A stretch of 64,000 nt of DNA from Nitrosopumilaceae archaeon (GCA_965214835.1 CBDCCK010000002.1:2432001-2496000); one strand, 5' to 3'. Counted from the stretch's first letter, positions 12,401 through 22,908 are shown. Notes: a model not told the origin generated them from the sequence alone. A program made the numbers and translations.

Positions 12401-13317
12401 TGGCCGCAACCGAGCTGAAGAGCAAGGGATGGAGCACACGCACATCACTGCAGTACAGCGGGGCAACCAGGACTGCACTGTACTACGAGAAGACGCCCAG
12501 AAAGGTGTTGCCTGACAGGCAGACTGTCATGCATGTGGAACGGATTGGTAAGCAGAGGCCTACATACGGCACGCGCCGCATGGTAGCCCAGATAAGACGC
12601 CAGACCGGCGTGCCGACAAACCGCAAAAGGATACAGCAGATATACCGCAAAATAGGCTGGATCACGCCTAAAAAGACCAAAAACGACATAATCCGGGCCG
12701 GTAAAAGGGGCAGGTTCAAGCCCACAGGACCAAACCAACTGTGGGAGACTGACATCACGTACGTCTGGTGTGGCGTTGACGGGTGGTGCTACTGCTTTAA
12801 CGTAATCGATACGTTCACCCGGAAGTGGATAACATACGTATTTGACACGCAGGCCACCGCACAGGTAGCAGTCGAATCGCTGACAAAGGCAGTCTCCACG
12901 ATTTCGGCAGACGAGGCGCGCGGCCTGCTGGTCAGAAGTGACAACGGCGTCCAGTATACGAGCCGCGAATTCAAGGAAAGCATGAAGGCGCTTGGGGTAA
13001 GGTGTGAGTACATCTGGCACAACACGCCCGAGCAGAACGGACATGTCGAGTCATTTCACAAGACTTGTGGTCAGGGCAGCCCCCGGCAAGAGTGGTGGAT
13101 CGAGCAGAACGGACATGTCGAGTCATTTCACAAGACCCTCAAAAAGGAGTACGTCTGGCCGCACGACTTTGCCAGGTTCCAGGATGCAGAAGCCGTCCTG
13201 GCAGAGGCGTTTGCGGACTACAACCAGGACAGGATCCACTCGGCGCTGGGATACCTGACACCAGACGAGTTTGTCCGAAAAACCCAGAAAAGACAGGAGG
13301 AGGTGCCTCAAAAATGA
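12400..13317 (+). CDS. IS3 OrfB integrase-core transposase with a 24-aa in-frame insertion
   Basis: PNQLWETDITY, SDNGVQY, EQNGHVESFHKT present twice, YNQDRIHSALGYLTP. Confidence 0.88.
   Translation: MAATELKSKGWSTRTSLQYSGATRTALYYEKTPRKVLPDRQTVMHVERIGKQRPTYGTRRMVAQIRRQTGVPTNRKRIQQIYRKIGWITPKKTKNDIIRAGKRGRFKPTGPNQLWETDITYVWCGVDGWCYCFNVIDTFTRKWITYVFDTQATAQVAVESLTKAVSTISADEARGLLVRSDNGVQYTSREFKESMKALGVRCEYIWHNTPEQNGHVESFHKTCGQGSPRQEWWIEQNGHVESFHKTLKKEYVWPHDFARFQDAEAVLAEAFADYNQDRIHSALGYLTPDEFVRKTQKRQEEVPQK
13029..13136. repeat. 36-bp exact direct repeat flanking a 36-bp unrelated insert
   Basis: cgagcagaacggacatgtcgagtcatttcacaagac at 13029-13064 and 13101-13136. Confidence 0.95.
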
Positions 13318-13377
13318 GCGATCAATGTGTGCATAAAATGTTGCCAAAATCGTTCCTACTCATAGGGGTCCACTCCA

Positions 13378-13872
13378 CGGATACGGCATATTTGACAACG
13401 CGACTACAGAAAACGCCCTCAAGGTGCTTGACGGGGCCATGCAGAAGCACGGCAGGCCCGCCTCCATAATGACGGACCACGGAAGCCAGTTTTACGCAAA
13501 CGAAAAACAGGGTGCAAAGAGGGGGCACAGCGAGTTCGAGGAGAGCCTAGAGGCCCTAGGCATACGGCAGGTCCTTGCCGGGGTGCGCCACCCGCAGACA
13601 AACGGCAAGGTCGAGAGGCTGCACGGCGAGATACAGCGCAAGCTGCACGAGTTTGAGGATATCATGATGAGAACAAGCGATCCCATGGATCTGTTCATGA
13701 AATGGTACAACTACGACAGGCCCCACATGTCCCTTGACTGGGATAACCAGGAGACGCCGGCGCAGGCATATGAGCGCAAGATGCCCCCTGCGGGCGAAAC
13801 GGTCATAGATGGGCAGACCGGGGAGGAATATCATGTCAGATAGGGGGGTGAACTACTTTTCGGATCCCACAC
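13378..13872 (+). pseudogene. IS481-family transposase 3' remnant with right end
   Basis: MTDHGSQF, HPQTNGKVERLH, WYNYDRPHMSL; end motif ggggtgaactacttttcggatcccaca. Confidence 0.82.
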
Positions 13873-13922
13873 ACAGAACCACTACGCACAATCTTTTTTT
13901 ATAGGCCAGTGGAACAACAAGC

Positions 13923-14060
13923 ATGTCTGGAACAAAGCAACTAGAATCCCCGCCATTGTCTGACGAGGAGATACGGGACATCAAAGAGTTTTACGCCCAT
14001 CCCGAAGGACACAAAAAAGGAACCCTTCAAGATCTGCTTGATGAACTGCACAGAGTATAG
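13923..14060 (+). CDS. Putative antitoxin (45 aa, acidic)
   Basis: MSGTKQLESPPLSDEEIRDIKEF...LQDLLDELHRV ends 2 nt before the RelE-like toxin. Confidence 0.65.
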   Translation: MSGTKQLESPPLSDEEIRDIKEFYAHPEGHKKGTLQDLLDELHRV

Positions 14061-14062
14061 GA

Positions 14063-14326
14063 ATGTGGGAGTTAATCTGGTCTGAAAGATTCATCAAGCA
14101 GTACAAAAAACTGGACAGTAAAATAAGACAGAGTGTAGATGATGCAATTATCGTCCTTGCAACATCTGATAGTCCGTCTGCCCTTGGCACATACAAATCC
14201 GGAATGAGAACGTTTTCCTATGAGTTGGGCCGCAAACATAGAATCATATACTTTATCCAATATCAAGCTGGAGCAATAGAACTGCTACGAGTGTGTGACC
14301 ACAAGTCAGCATACGGTAAGGACTGA
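14063..14326 (+). CDS. RelE/ParE-family toxin
   Basis: MWELIWSERFIKQYKKLD start, HRIIY, LLRVCDHKSAY end; 87 aa. Confidence 0.82.
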   Translation: MWELIWSERFIKQYKKLDSKIRQSVDDAIIVLATSDSPSALGTYKSGMRTFSYELGRKHRIIYFIQYQAGAIELLRVCDHKSAYGKD

Positions 14327-14545
14327 CTCCATCTCACACCGGAGACGATCCCATCCGGACTCGCATCATACCGTGACCTGCCCCGTATGGCAACTGGACC
14401 TTATGCGCAATCGACCGCGATTAAAAATTCCGCATGGTTTTCCAAACACAGGTGCGTTGATCAGATCAAACCACTGCATGCTAATGTGGATCCATGACTG
14501 CGCGATCCGCGACCCCTGCCTCCATACACGCTATCCAATACCCTA

Positions 14546-16172
14546 GACCTTATGCGTAATCGACCGGATCGAAATATTCCGACGGTGGCCGGCCACACAT
14601 GCAAGGCTGACGGCATCACATGACGTGTATGAGGACGGCACAGTCCGTATATAGTGCAGCTACGAACCGTTCCAGCTGGTAAAAACTACAATGTCGTGCG
14701 GCATCGTGTGGCGCCGCAATGCGCTCCGTATCGTGATATCAGAACCCACGCATGAGCTTCTTGTTCCGCTTGTCCCACAGCAGCCTAAAGTTGGCAAGCC
14801 CGGCCGTCACCTGGAACTCCCTGTCGAACTCCTCGGCGGTCCCGTCGTACGGATCACGCATCCGCTTGTACTGCTTTATCCGTCCTATGGCGTGCTCTAT
14901 CGTCACCCTCTTGCTGCTTATCCTCCTGTTCTGCGCTTTCTGTTTCTTTGTAAGCTTGCCCACTTGGCTTCTTGTCGGGCTGCACGGATCTGGCCCCTGG
15001 ATACACCTCCTCGATTCCCATGTATGCCAGGTCAGAGAACATCTTTACCTTCTCGTCCTCGGGGTGCTTTCTGTTGCTGCGCATCCTGGCAGTCAGGATT
15101 CCCAGATCCGGTGGGTTGTTCTTTATCATGGTGAGGTCGTGCACGCTTCCGGGCGCCGACTTGCATATATCGACAGTCCCTTCTTGCTGGCAATCACCTG
15201 GGTGTTGCGCGTAAAGCTCTTCTTCTTGCCCGAGTATGCCCCCCTTTCTTGGCTCCTTGTTTGTGGGGCGCTGTATGTCGATGTGCGTGCCGTCTACAAT
15301 CACGGTCAGATCCGGGACGATCTCCCTGAGCCCCTCGATCGTGCGGGCGTTTCGTATCTTTCGTGATACGGCGTCCGGCGTGGGCAGTATCTTGAGAAAT
15401 ATCATGTCGCAATACCTGAGGTACCTGCATACCGTGCTCTGGTCTATGCCAAAGAACGCCGCAAGCTGCTCCTGTGTCGGGTTTCCGTACTTGCGCATCA
15501 GCGACATCAGCAGGGCGTGGCGGTAGGACAGCTTGCACCGGTTTCCAGGCAAGTTGTCCTCGTCTTCTGAGAACAGGGGGCCTTCTGTGTGCTTTTTGGC
15601 AAGCTTCGTAAACCGGTCGGATGTATGGTCAAGCTGGCGGCGGTCCATCGACGTGGTGGGCTGCAGGAACCCGCCGCCGATTATGTCCTCGAGCACCTCG
15701 AGCCTGTGCATGAACGCGGCGTTGTTTACGGTACGCCTGTCGTCATCTCAGGTTGCGGGCCACATCTGGCGCTCAGCGTCCAGCCGCCGCTCCAGCTGCC
15801 CTATCCTCCCCTGATCCCGCTCGTGCCTCCTGCCGTCCTGCCTGCTCTTCTTCTCGTACTCTCTGATCTTCTTCCTGTACTGCATCCTCTCCTTCCTGCC
15901 CCGCGCCTTCTCCCTCCTGTACTGCACATTCTCTTTCTCGTACTGCTCGATTCTCTTCCTCAGCAGTCGTATCAACTCGGTCTCGGACTTTGCCATTACT
16001 CTTGTGCGGGAATGGATCCCGGATCTAAATCAACCGGATGAAAATACCTGCAGGTTTGATCAAATATTTTCCACATAATGAGGCGCCGTCGCGCGTGCGC
16101 CGGCCCTGACTCGCCCCATTTGTAGCCCGTGCGCCGGGGGCATCGCCGCTAATTTCGTTTACGCATAAGGTC
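14546..16172 (-). mobile_element. IS5-family (ISL2-like) element with disrupted transposase
   Basis: TIR GACCTTATGCGTAA at both ends flanked by TA; HTH QEQLAAFFGIDQSTVCR, IVDGTH, SAPGSVHD, RVTIEHAIGRIK; in-frame TGA at 15748-15750 and a frameshift near 14960. Confidence 0.85.
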
Positions 16173-16263
16173 TATAGATGGTTACAGTGCGCAGCTGTCC
16201 AAAAAGATACTTTGAAGCAAACCTACAGCTTGTATCGTACCTGCTAAGAAACGAGGATTTTTG

Positions 16264-16372
16264 GTAGCAGCTCGGGCTCGAAGCTCAGGCGTGAGTTCTG
16301 CAACCTCGGAGGGCACTCCCGGGCATATTCGTGCCTGAAATTAGGAATGGCTTCTAGGGCCCGAGCTGTCAC
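16264..16372. mobile_element. MITE family A copy 2
   Basis: Aligns by eye to 6718-6828 (gctcaggcgtgagtt...ttcgtgcctga); imperfect TIRs. Confidence 0.8.
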
Positions 16373-16762
16373 CGTTAGTGTTTTAGATTTGTTTTTACTT
16401 TGTCAAGAATTCTTTCTGCCCACTTTATGGTATTTTCTGCCTGGCTGTCACTCATCAAATCCGGTTGATACTCATGCATTTTTCAGACCAAGCAGTGAGC
16501 CAAACTGTCTTTCCATCTCTTTGAATTCCGGGCCAGAAAGGATGCCTTTTACCAGCAACAATACATCGGCATGTGATCCTGAGGCACGTTTGCTTAGATG
16601 AAAGATTGTAAGTGCATCCAATGCGTTAATTGCACTGTGTATACAATTCATCACAGTGCTGTCATATGCATGTCGTTCTAGTGCAATTTTTGCTAGTTGC
16701 ATCGAGTTTTCTGCTTTTGTGGTGTGATTTGCATATTTTTGAGAATCTACGTCTCTAGTCAC
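16373..16762 (-). pseudogene. HEPN-domain toxin, frameshifted
   Basis: GTGA overlap with the MNT stop; IHSAINALDAL, SGSHAD, LKNA then shifted EYQPDLMS..WAERIL. Confidence 0.75.
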
Positions 16763-17376
16763 CGCATCATACTCTCCAAGCCCTTGCCACAAATCATGAC
16801 ATGGTCTGCAACGATTGAACGGATCAAGTCGCTTTCCTTTTTGGATTGGAGTTCTTTTTGCGAGAGCGTCATTGGTGCAAGCTGGGCATGAAACACTTCT
16901 GCCACTTCTACCAGTGCGTTTGAAATTATTTGGCTTGCGGCGTCAAAATCGTTTGATATGACAAGTATGTCGACGTCGCTATCTGGCTTCTCCTTACCCT
17001 TTGCGACACTTCCAAACAGCGCAGCAGAGACGATGACTTTCTTTCTGTCAAGATTTTTTTTCAGAACTTTGAGCAGCTCCTCCAAAGCATCTTCTTCGGT
17101 TTTGAAGACAGGTTCGATTACCTTGTTGAGGATGTAGTTTTTCCTGTTCAGGGATAGCTGGTGCGACCTGCCAACGGGCTGAACCGTGACGATGCCAAGA
17201 TCCTCAAGATCACGAATCGTGAGGGCCGCCTCGTTGACAGAGACATTTGCCGTTCTGGCAAGGCCTCTTTTGGTAAAGATCTTGGCCGGATACCGGACCA
17301 TTGTTCTAAGTACGCGTATGGCTGCCTTGCTGCCCAAGACTTGCTCAAGACAGTCGTGGAATTGCATCACCATCAT
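16759..17376 (-). CDS. wHTH plus minimal nucleotidyltransferase (MNT) antitoxin
   Basis: N-terminal HTH-like segment; LFGSVAKG..PDSDVDILV. Confidence 0.88.
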   Translation of the reverse strand: MMVMQFHDCLEQVLGSKAAIRVLRTMVRYPAKIFTKRGLARTANVSVNEAALTIRDLEDLGIVTVQPVGRSHQLSLNRKNYILNKVIEPVFKTEEDALEELLKVLKKNLDRKKVIVSAALFGSVAKGKEKPDSDVDILVISNDFDAASQIISNALVEVAEVFHAQLAPMTLSQKELQSKKESDLIRSIVADHVMICGKGLESMMR

Positions 17377-17414
17377 GTCCCATATTTAAGACATATGTCC
17401 CATATTTAAGACAT
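17375..17414. repeat. 20-bp tandem duplication over the MNT promoter/start
   Basis: atgtcccatatttaagacat twice; contains TTAAATA on the minus strand. Confidence 0.85.
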
Positions 17415-17600
17415 AATCTGTGATAAAATGATTGCCGCACGGCAAGGTTTTCTTCCATGGTGCTTTGTGTCTGAGAGATTTCGCATAGACGCGATACGGA
17501 CAATAAATCACTCTGCTTTCTTTTTGACGGATTTTGTTTTTTATTTTATTACCTCGTGTGTTTCAGAGCAAGAAAAGGCAGTCTGGTTTAGAGTCATGGG

Positions 17601-18150
17601 TCTACAATCCAAAAAGTAGTTCACCCCTTCTCCGAGGGTCAAGTCGGTAAGGATCAGATGCACGGGCCTCATGCATGCCACTGGAAACAGGGGTGTGTGG
17701 GTCTGGCGCAAAAGGGCCTAGTAAATACGTCAGTCTTGCACGCCCCAACAACATGAATCTAAACAAGTCCGGCGTACGGTGGATAGTACGCCAAAAGCAA
17801 AAGGGGGACATGACAAACGCCCCAGATAGCCCAGTCCATGAACGTCTCGGTCCGCCGGGTACAGAAACCGTGGGCCCGGCACAGGTCAGGCACCGTACAG
17901 GACATATCTCACCCCGCACGGATGGGAAGGCCCCAGAACGGCATGCCCGGGCGCAGGGAGCACTCGGCAGTCCTCTCGGTGCGGCCCTCCGAGCGCCTGG
18001 GTGCGGCACCACTGCAGGATCTCACAAGGGAGAATACCGGGATTAATATCCTGCGACATACACTGCACGGCGTGCTAAAGGACGAGGAGGTGGCCAGAGA
18101 CGAGCCCAACGGGCGCAGAAAACGCAGGTGGCTGCCCCCGGAGGCCGGAG
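17601..18150 (+). pseudogene. IS481-family left end and 5' transposase remnant
   Basis: aaaagtagttcacccc is the inverse of the end at 13845-13860; frames read VRWIVRQKQKG and MNVSVRRVQK. Confidence 0.75.
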
Positions 18151-18203
18151 TTCTGGGTGAGATCTGGAAGAACGCTTTAAAAGAGAAACTGCAGCAGTGA
18201 GCC

Positions 18204-18935
18204 ATGGCAGAGGTCGGAATCGCAGTGGCGGTTTTGGCAGGGATCGGCTCCTTTGTTGCGCCGTGCATCCTGCCGATGATTCCGGCATTTCTTGCGTATA
18301 TCTCGGGAACGACGGTCTCGGAGATGAGCCAGAACAGGTCAAGCACGCTGGTCGTAAACAGGGCAAACATCGTCCTCAACGCCGTATTTTTCGTACTGGG
18401 GTTTTCGGTGGTGTTCTCAATACTGGGGGCAGTCATCAACGGGGTTCTTGCAAGCTCTGCAGGCGAGCTTGTGACTGGATTCAACCAGGCAGGCGGAATC
18501 ATAATTGTCGGCTTTGGGGCGTTTTTGCTGCTATCGACCAGGATTGCAAGGTTAAACGTCGAGAAAAAGTTCTTTCCAAAGCGTGACCGGGCAAGCTATC
18601 CGATGTCCTTTGTCTTTGGCCTGGCCTTTGCGGCGGGGTGGACCCCGTGTGTCGGGCCGGTTCTGGGTACCATACTCACGCTGGCAGCCACCACGCCGGC
18701 AATTGCGTTTAACCTGCTTTTGGCATATTCGCTGGGGCTTGGAATCCCGTTTGTGCTGATGGCGGTGTTTTTCTCAAGGGCAAACAGGCTAATCCGCGCA
18801 ATGAGCAGGCATCTGAAGTACTATTCTGCAGTGCTTGGCGCCTTTATCATGGTGCTGGGAGTGCTGGTGTTTTTCAACCAGCTGGCATACATTGCAAACT
18901 TTCCCCTGCTAAACGAGCTGCTCCTACTTGGGTGA
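18204..18935 (+). CDS. ccdA: Cytochrome c biogenesis/DsbD-type membrane protein
   Basis: SFVAPCILPMIP and WTPCVGPVLG motifs; multiple TM helices. Confidence 0.92.
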   Translation: MAEVGIAVAVLAGIGSFVAPCILPMIPAFLAYISGTTVSEMSQNRSSTLVVNRANIVLNAVFFVLGFSVVFSILGAVINGVLASSAGELVTGFNQAGGIIIVGFGAFLLLSTRIARLNVEKKFFPKRDRASYPMSFVFGLAFAAGWTPCVGPVLGTILTLAATTPAIAFNLLLAYSLGLGIPFVLMAVFFSRANRLIRAMSRHLKYYSAVLGAFIMVLGVLVFFNQLAYIANFPLLNELLLLG

Positions 18936-18936
18936 T

Positions 18937-20052
18937 ATGATGAGATCCGAGTACAAGACAGCAGTTGTGATGGTGGCCATAGTCGGGGGAATTGTGGGGA
19001 TAGCAAGCCTGGTCCTAGGGCAGTATGAGACCGACTCGTTCCAATCAGGCACGATACAGACAGATGACGGGATGAGGCTGGCAGACATTGACAAGTCCGG
19101 CCTGAAGAGATCACCGGGAATCGTAGGCATTGAGCAGTACGTCAACACCACCCCAGAGGAGCTGGAGGAGCTGACAAGGGACAGGGTGGTCCTTTATGAC
19201 ATATGGACGTACAGCTGCATCAACTGCGTCCGGACCCTGCCGTATATCACGGCCTGGGATGAAAAGTACTCAGATGAGGGCCTGGTAATAATCGGTGTCC
19301 ACACGCCGGAGTTTGAATTCGAAAAGGAGCTACACAACGTAGAGCTTGCAGTATCAAAGCACGGAATCAAGTATCCCGTCGTGCTGGACAACGACTGGGA
19401 GACGTGGAAGGCCTTTGAGAACAGGTACTGGCCTAGAAAGTACATTGCAGACCACGAGGGGTACATCAGGTACGATCATATCGGCGAGGGCGGATACGCA
19501 GAGACTGAAAGGGTGATCCAGCAGCTGCTCGAGGAGAGGGCAGTCTCGCTGGGGCTCAATGTGGCCTCCGCATCATCCCTGGTGGATCTGCAGGAGTTTG
19601 AGCACACAAGGTACAGGACCCCGGAGCTATACTTTGGATACGAGCTGGCGTTTGGCAGAAGCCAGCTGGGAAATCCCGAGGGGTTCAGGCCCCACGAGCA
19701 GGTGGCGTACACCGTCGCCGGGCCGATGGAGCAGCACAGGTTCTACATGGAGGGAACATGGGAGAACAATCCCGATCACATGAGGCTGGTCTCAGGCGAG
19801 GGTGCAGTCCACCTGCCATATGTTGCAAAGCAGGTAAACATAGTGGCCGCAGGACAGGGCAAGCTGCAGGTGCTGCTAGACGGGGAGCCCGTCCCAGAAG
19901 AGATCGCAGGCAGCGACATCAGGGATGGAATGCTGGTGCTAGACGGCCCTGCCCTGTACAACCTGGTTGAGGGGGAGGCCTCCGAGGAGCACGTCATCCA
20001 GATCGTGGTGGGGGAGGCGGGCTTTGAGATGTACACGTTTACCTTCGGATAG
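18937..20052 (+). CDS. Membrane-anchored redoxin (DipZ C-terminal-like)
   Basis: WTYSCINC, GVHTPEFEFEK, NRYWP, TPELYFG, terminal YTFTFG. Confidence 0.9.
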   Translation: MMRSEYKTAVVMVAIVGGIVGIASLVLGQYETDSFQSGTIQTDDGMRLADIDKSGLKRSPGIVGIEQYVNTTPEELEELTRDRVVLYDIWTYSCINCVRTLPYITAWDEKYSDEGLVIIGVHTPEFEFEKELHNVELAVSKHGIKYPVVLDNDWETWKAFENRYWPRKYIADHEGYIRYDHIGEGGYAETERVIQQLLEERAVSLGLNVASASSLVDLQEFEHTRYRTPELYFGYELAFGRSQLGNPEGFRPHEQVAYTVAGPMEQHRFYMEGTWENNPDHMRLVSGEGAVHLPYVAKQVNIVAAGQGKLQVLLDGEPVPEEIAGSDIRDGMLVLDGPALYNLVEGEASEEHVIQIVVGEAGFEMYTFTFG

Positions 20053-20142
20053 TGTAACCGGACACCCCTGTAACCGCAGTGACAAAAAACGCAGTTACAA
20101 ATCGGTTTAAAGACCGGATTTTCACCAAGTGTGGGGAAAGGC

Positions 20143-20787
20143 GTGATATCTGACGGATGGAGCAAGCGTGGGGGGGCAAGCATCTCAAGCAGGGTCCTAG
20201 GCGCAGTAAAGCAGGAGGTTCCGTTAAAGAACAAGATCGAGCTTGCACAGAGAAAGCTGTCGGTCCAGATCACAAAGCTGGACTCTATCCAGTCAAAGCT
20301 GCAGAAAAAGCACGACATGATATTTGAGCGGATCGTGACTGCCCAGAGGAGCCACAGCAGCTCCTATGCCAAGGCATACGCCGCAGAACTCTCCCAAGTC
20401 AGGAAGATGAAGACCATGGTGGATGGTGCAAAGCTGTCCATGGAGCAGATACAGCTCAGGCTCAACACGGTATCGGAGCTAGGAGACGTAGTCGTGACGC
20501 TTAGCCCGTGCATGTCCATCATCAGGGGGCTGAGCTCGTCAATCGGCGGAATCATGCCGGAGGCCAACGCATCAATGCAGGATCTCTCATCTGTACTCGG
20601 GGACGTGATGAACAACTCCTCTGTGGGCAGCGTGGAGGTGGGAATCAGCGAGCAGTCCAGTAGCGAGGCAAACTCGATACTTGCAGAGGCGCAGTCAATA
20701 CTGGAAAGCCAGACAAAGTCAAGCATTCCGGACGTCCCATCCGAGCTGCGGGCCGGTGCCAGGCAAAGATCCCAGACCCTGATTTAG
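20143..20787 (+). CDS. cdvB: ESCRT-III/Snf7-family cell division protein (CdvB paralog)
   Basis: Helical basic N-terminus, AYAAELSQVRKM, LRLNTVSELGDVVVTLSP, acidic tail. Start codon uncertain. Confidence 0.85.
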   Translation: MISDGWSKRGGASISSRVLGAVKQEVPLKNKIELAQRKLSVQITKLDSIQSKLQKKHDMIFERIVTAQRSHSSSYAKAYAAELSQVRKMKTMVDGAKLSMEQIQLRLNTVSELGDVVVTLSPCMSIIRGLSSSIGGIMPEANASMQDLSSVLGDVMNNSSVGSVEVGISEQSSSEANSILAEAQSILESQTKSSIPDVPSELRAGARQRSQTLI

Positions 20788-21602
20788 GCGCCAAGCTTTT
20801 GGTTGATTACATGAACGAATGACTCAAACGGCTTTGCCCCGCTTACGAGCTCGTATCCCGTCTCGTCGTTGCCTATGAAAAACGCGGGGGTTCCGGTTGC
20901 GCCATACTGGCTCCCCTGGGCCTTGTCTGCGCTGATCTCTGCGTTTATTACGGGGTTCTCCAGGCACGACGCAAAGGCATCAACGTCCAGCGACAGGGCG
21001 CCCGCATAGGTGACCATCTGGCCTGCAAGCTCCTCTGGGCCGAGCCTGTTCCACTCGGACTGCCCTTCAAACAGCATGTCGTGGTAGGGCCAGAACATGC
21101 CCTGCTCGTCTGCGCACTCTGAGGCAATGTGGGCCATCCTTGCATTGGGGTGGATCCTGTCGATCGGAAAGTCCCTGTACACTATGTTTACCGCGCCGGT
21201 CTCGACATAGTTTTGCATTATCAGCGGCAGGGTGTCCTGATGGAACCTGGCGCAGAACGGGCACTCAAAGTCTGAAAACTCTACGATGGTGACCGGCGCA
21301 TTCGGGCTTCCGATCATTGGATCGTCATCCGGGGATACGATCAGCTTTTGCGGGGCGGCAGGGCCTGCGGCAGCCGGCTGCATCCCCGACAGCAGATCCT
21401 GCAGTTGTGACCTTGTGACGTATTCGGGGGCATTTGCGGTGTGTGCCACGAAATACCCAGCAAAGAAGGTGCCTACTGCAATGCCTACAATGGCCGTAAT
21501 CACCAGTCCATAGTATGCGGATTTTTTCATGGTTATATCGGAATGGGGCATTGCAGGCCTTGGAGCCTCCCCAGGGCCGTCATTGTGGGTGTCATCGGAC
21601 AT
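20784..21602 (-). CDS. DsbA-family oxidoreductase
   Basis: DDDPMIGSPNAPVTIVEFSDFECPFC, GTPAFF, GAKPF. Confidence 0.92.
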   Translation of the reverse strand: MSDDTHNDGPGEAPRPAMPHSDITMKKSAYYGLVITAIVGIAVGTFFAGYFVAHTANAPEYVTRSQLQDLLSGMQPAAAGPAAPQKLIVSPDDDPMIGSPNAPVTIVEFSDFECPFCARFHQDTLPLIMQNYVETGAVNIVYRDFPIDRIHPNARMAHIASECADEQGMFWPYHDMLFEGQSEWNRLGPEELAGQMVTYAGALSLDVDAFASCLENPVINAEISADKAQGSQYGATGTPAFFIGNDETGYELVSGAKPFESFVHVINQKLGA

Positions 21603-21981
21603 GCTAGACTAGGCCTGCTAGCACCGGCTCAAATATTTAGGTATACACGGCAGGGCAGAAGCCGTCCGTCAGGCCAAGCACGCCGCCTGAAAGGCCGCAA
21701 AAACGGCAAAACCATACTTTTTTTTAGGCCCTAATTTACAGGATAATCCTGGCTCCCGTCCCCGTCCACCGTCGGGGGCTGGACGGGTCGCAGTCATTGT
21801 GGCGGGGGCCGTTTTTATCTAAACTAGCAAGCAGCTGTCCCCGGATATGGGGCCGCCTCCCCTTGCCGGCCAGGCATGAAAATCACAGATGCATGCGCAC
21901 TCATGCTTGGCTGCCAGGATGAGGTGGCCTCGTACGTCCCCGGCTCTGCAAAGGCCGGGATCGTCAAGATATGCTACTCCC

Positions 21982-22088
21982 GTGGCAGGGGCGGGGATTC
22001 CGGATGTTTTTGGAAGTCTTTCTTGCATCTCGGGCCTTGGGCGCCTGCGTCATGTGGCAGGGGCGGGGATTCCGGATGTTTTTGGAAG
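21982..22088. repeat. 35-bp exact direct repeat flanking a 37-bp unrelated insert
   Basis: gtggcaggggcggggattccggatgtttttggaag at 21982-22016 and 22054-22088. Confidence 0.95.
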
Positions 22089-22132
22089 GGCGGCAGCGGG
22101 GCACGGGATGTATCACCGGAGAGCAGAGCAGG

Positions 22133-22237
22133 TCATCTCATCATGTACAGCGCGCCTAAAATCCCCGCACAAATCGAGCTGAGGATGACCACGACTGCGG
22201 AAAACCTCCTGTTTTGGGATATCCAGGAGCCCGTCAT
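22133..22237 (-). CDS. Small membrane protein (34 aa)
   Basis: MTGSWISQNRRFSAVVVILSSICAGILGALYMMR; ATGA overlap with the nitroreductase stop. Confidence 0.55.
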   Translation of the reverse strand: MTGSWISQNRRFSAVVVILSSICAGILGALYMMR

Positions 22238-22845
22238 GGTACTTGGAACCTGTTCTCAAAGACTACCTCGTCTAAGGACAGCTGCCCCCCGCGGGGTGCT
22301 GCAGGCTCTAGCGCCCTGCCGACGGCAATCATCATGACAATAACGTGATCATCGGGCAGCTCGATGATTCTTGCAAGATCATCGTACTCAAATCCCACCA
22401 TCGGACAGGTATCTAGCCCCATCTGCCTAGCTGCCAGCATAATCGTCTGGGCCGCAAAGCCGCAGGAGCGCATCGCCTCATCGCGCATGCTCCGGGGGCT
22501 GTCCTGGTACTTTAGCCTCAGTTTCTGGGCGACCATCTCCTGCTTTTCCTCGGAGTGGTTCCTCCAGTATCGTTTGGGTTCCTGGTTCCACGCGTTAAGA
22601 TTTCCGCACAGGATGACGGCTAGGGAGCAGTCCGTTGGCTGCGGCTGTCCGCGCGCGGCCACGCTGATTCTCTCCTTTACGTCCTGGTCAGTTACAGTGA
22701 CGAACCTCCAGTTCTGCTGGTTGTAGCTGGTAGGAGACAGTATGGCCAGCTCCATCAGGGTCCTGACCTCGCCGGGTGTCATCTTGTGGCCGGGATCAAA
22801 CCTCTTTACCGCACGTCTGGTTCTGATTGCCTCAAAGGTATCCAT
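22234..22845 (-). CDS. Nitroreductase family protein
   Basis: MDTFEAIRTRRAVKRF, SPTSYNQQNWRF, GLDTCPMVGF. Confidence 0.92.
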   Translation of the reverse strand: MDTFEAIRTRRAVKRFDPGHKMTPGEVRTLMELAILSPTSYNQQNWRFVTVTDQDVKERISVAARGQPQPTDCSLAVILCGNLNAWNQEPKRYWRNHSEEKQEMVAQKLRLKYQDSPRSMRDEAMRSCGFAAQTIMLAARQMGLDTCPMVGFEYDDLARIIELPDDHVIVMMIAVGRALEPAAPRGGQLSLDEVVFENRFQVP

Positions 22846-22908
22846 ATCCAGATACGCCGCCCGTTGCAATTTAACTGATACTCGACAAGATGATCCGGTG
22901 GGAGGGGT

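Larger units (their letters stand above)
12039..13377 (+). mobile_element. IS3-family insertion sequence
   Basis: TG...CA imperfect TIRs sharing ggacccc and taggaacg; orfA/orfB layout; A-rich slippery tract near 12370; no TSD seen. Confidence 0.88.
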
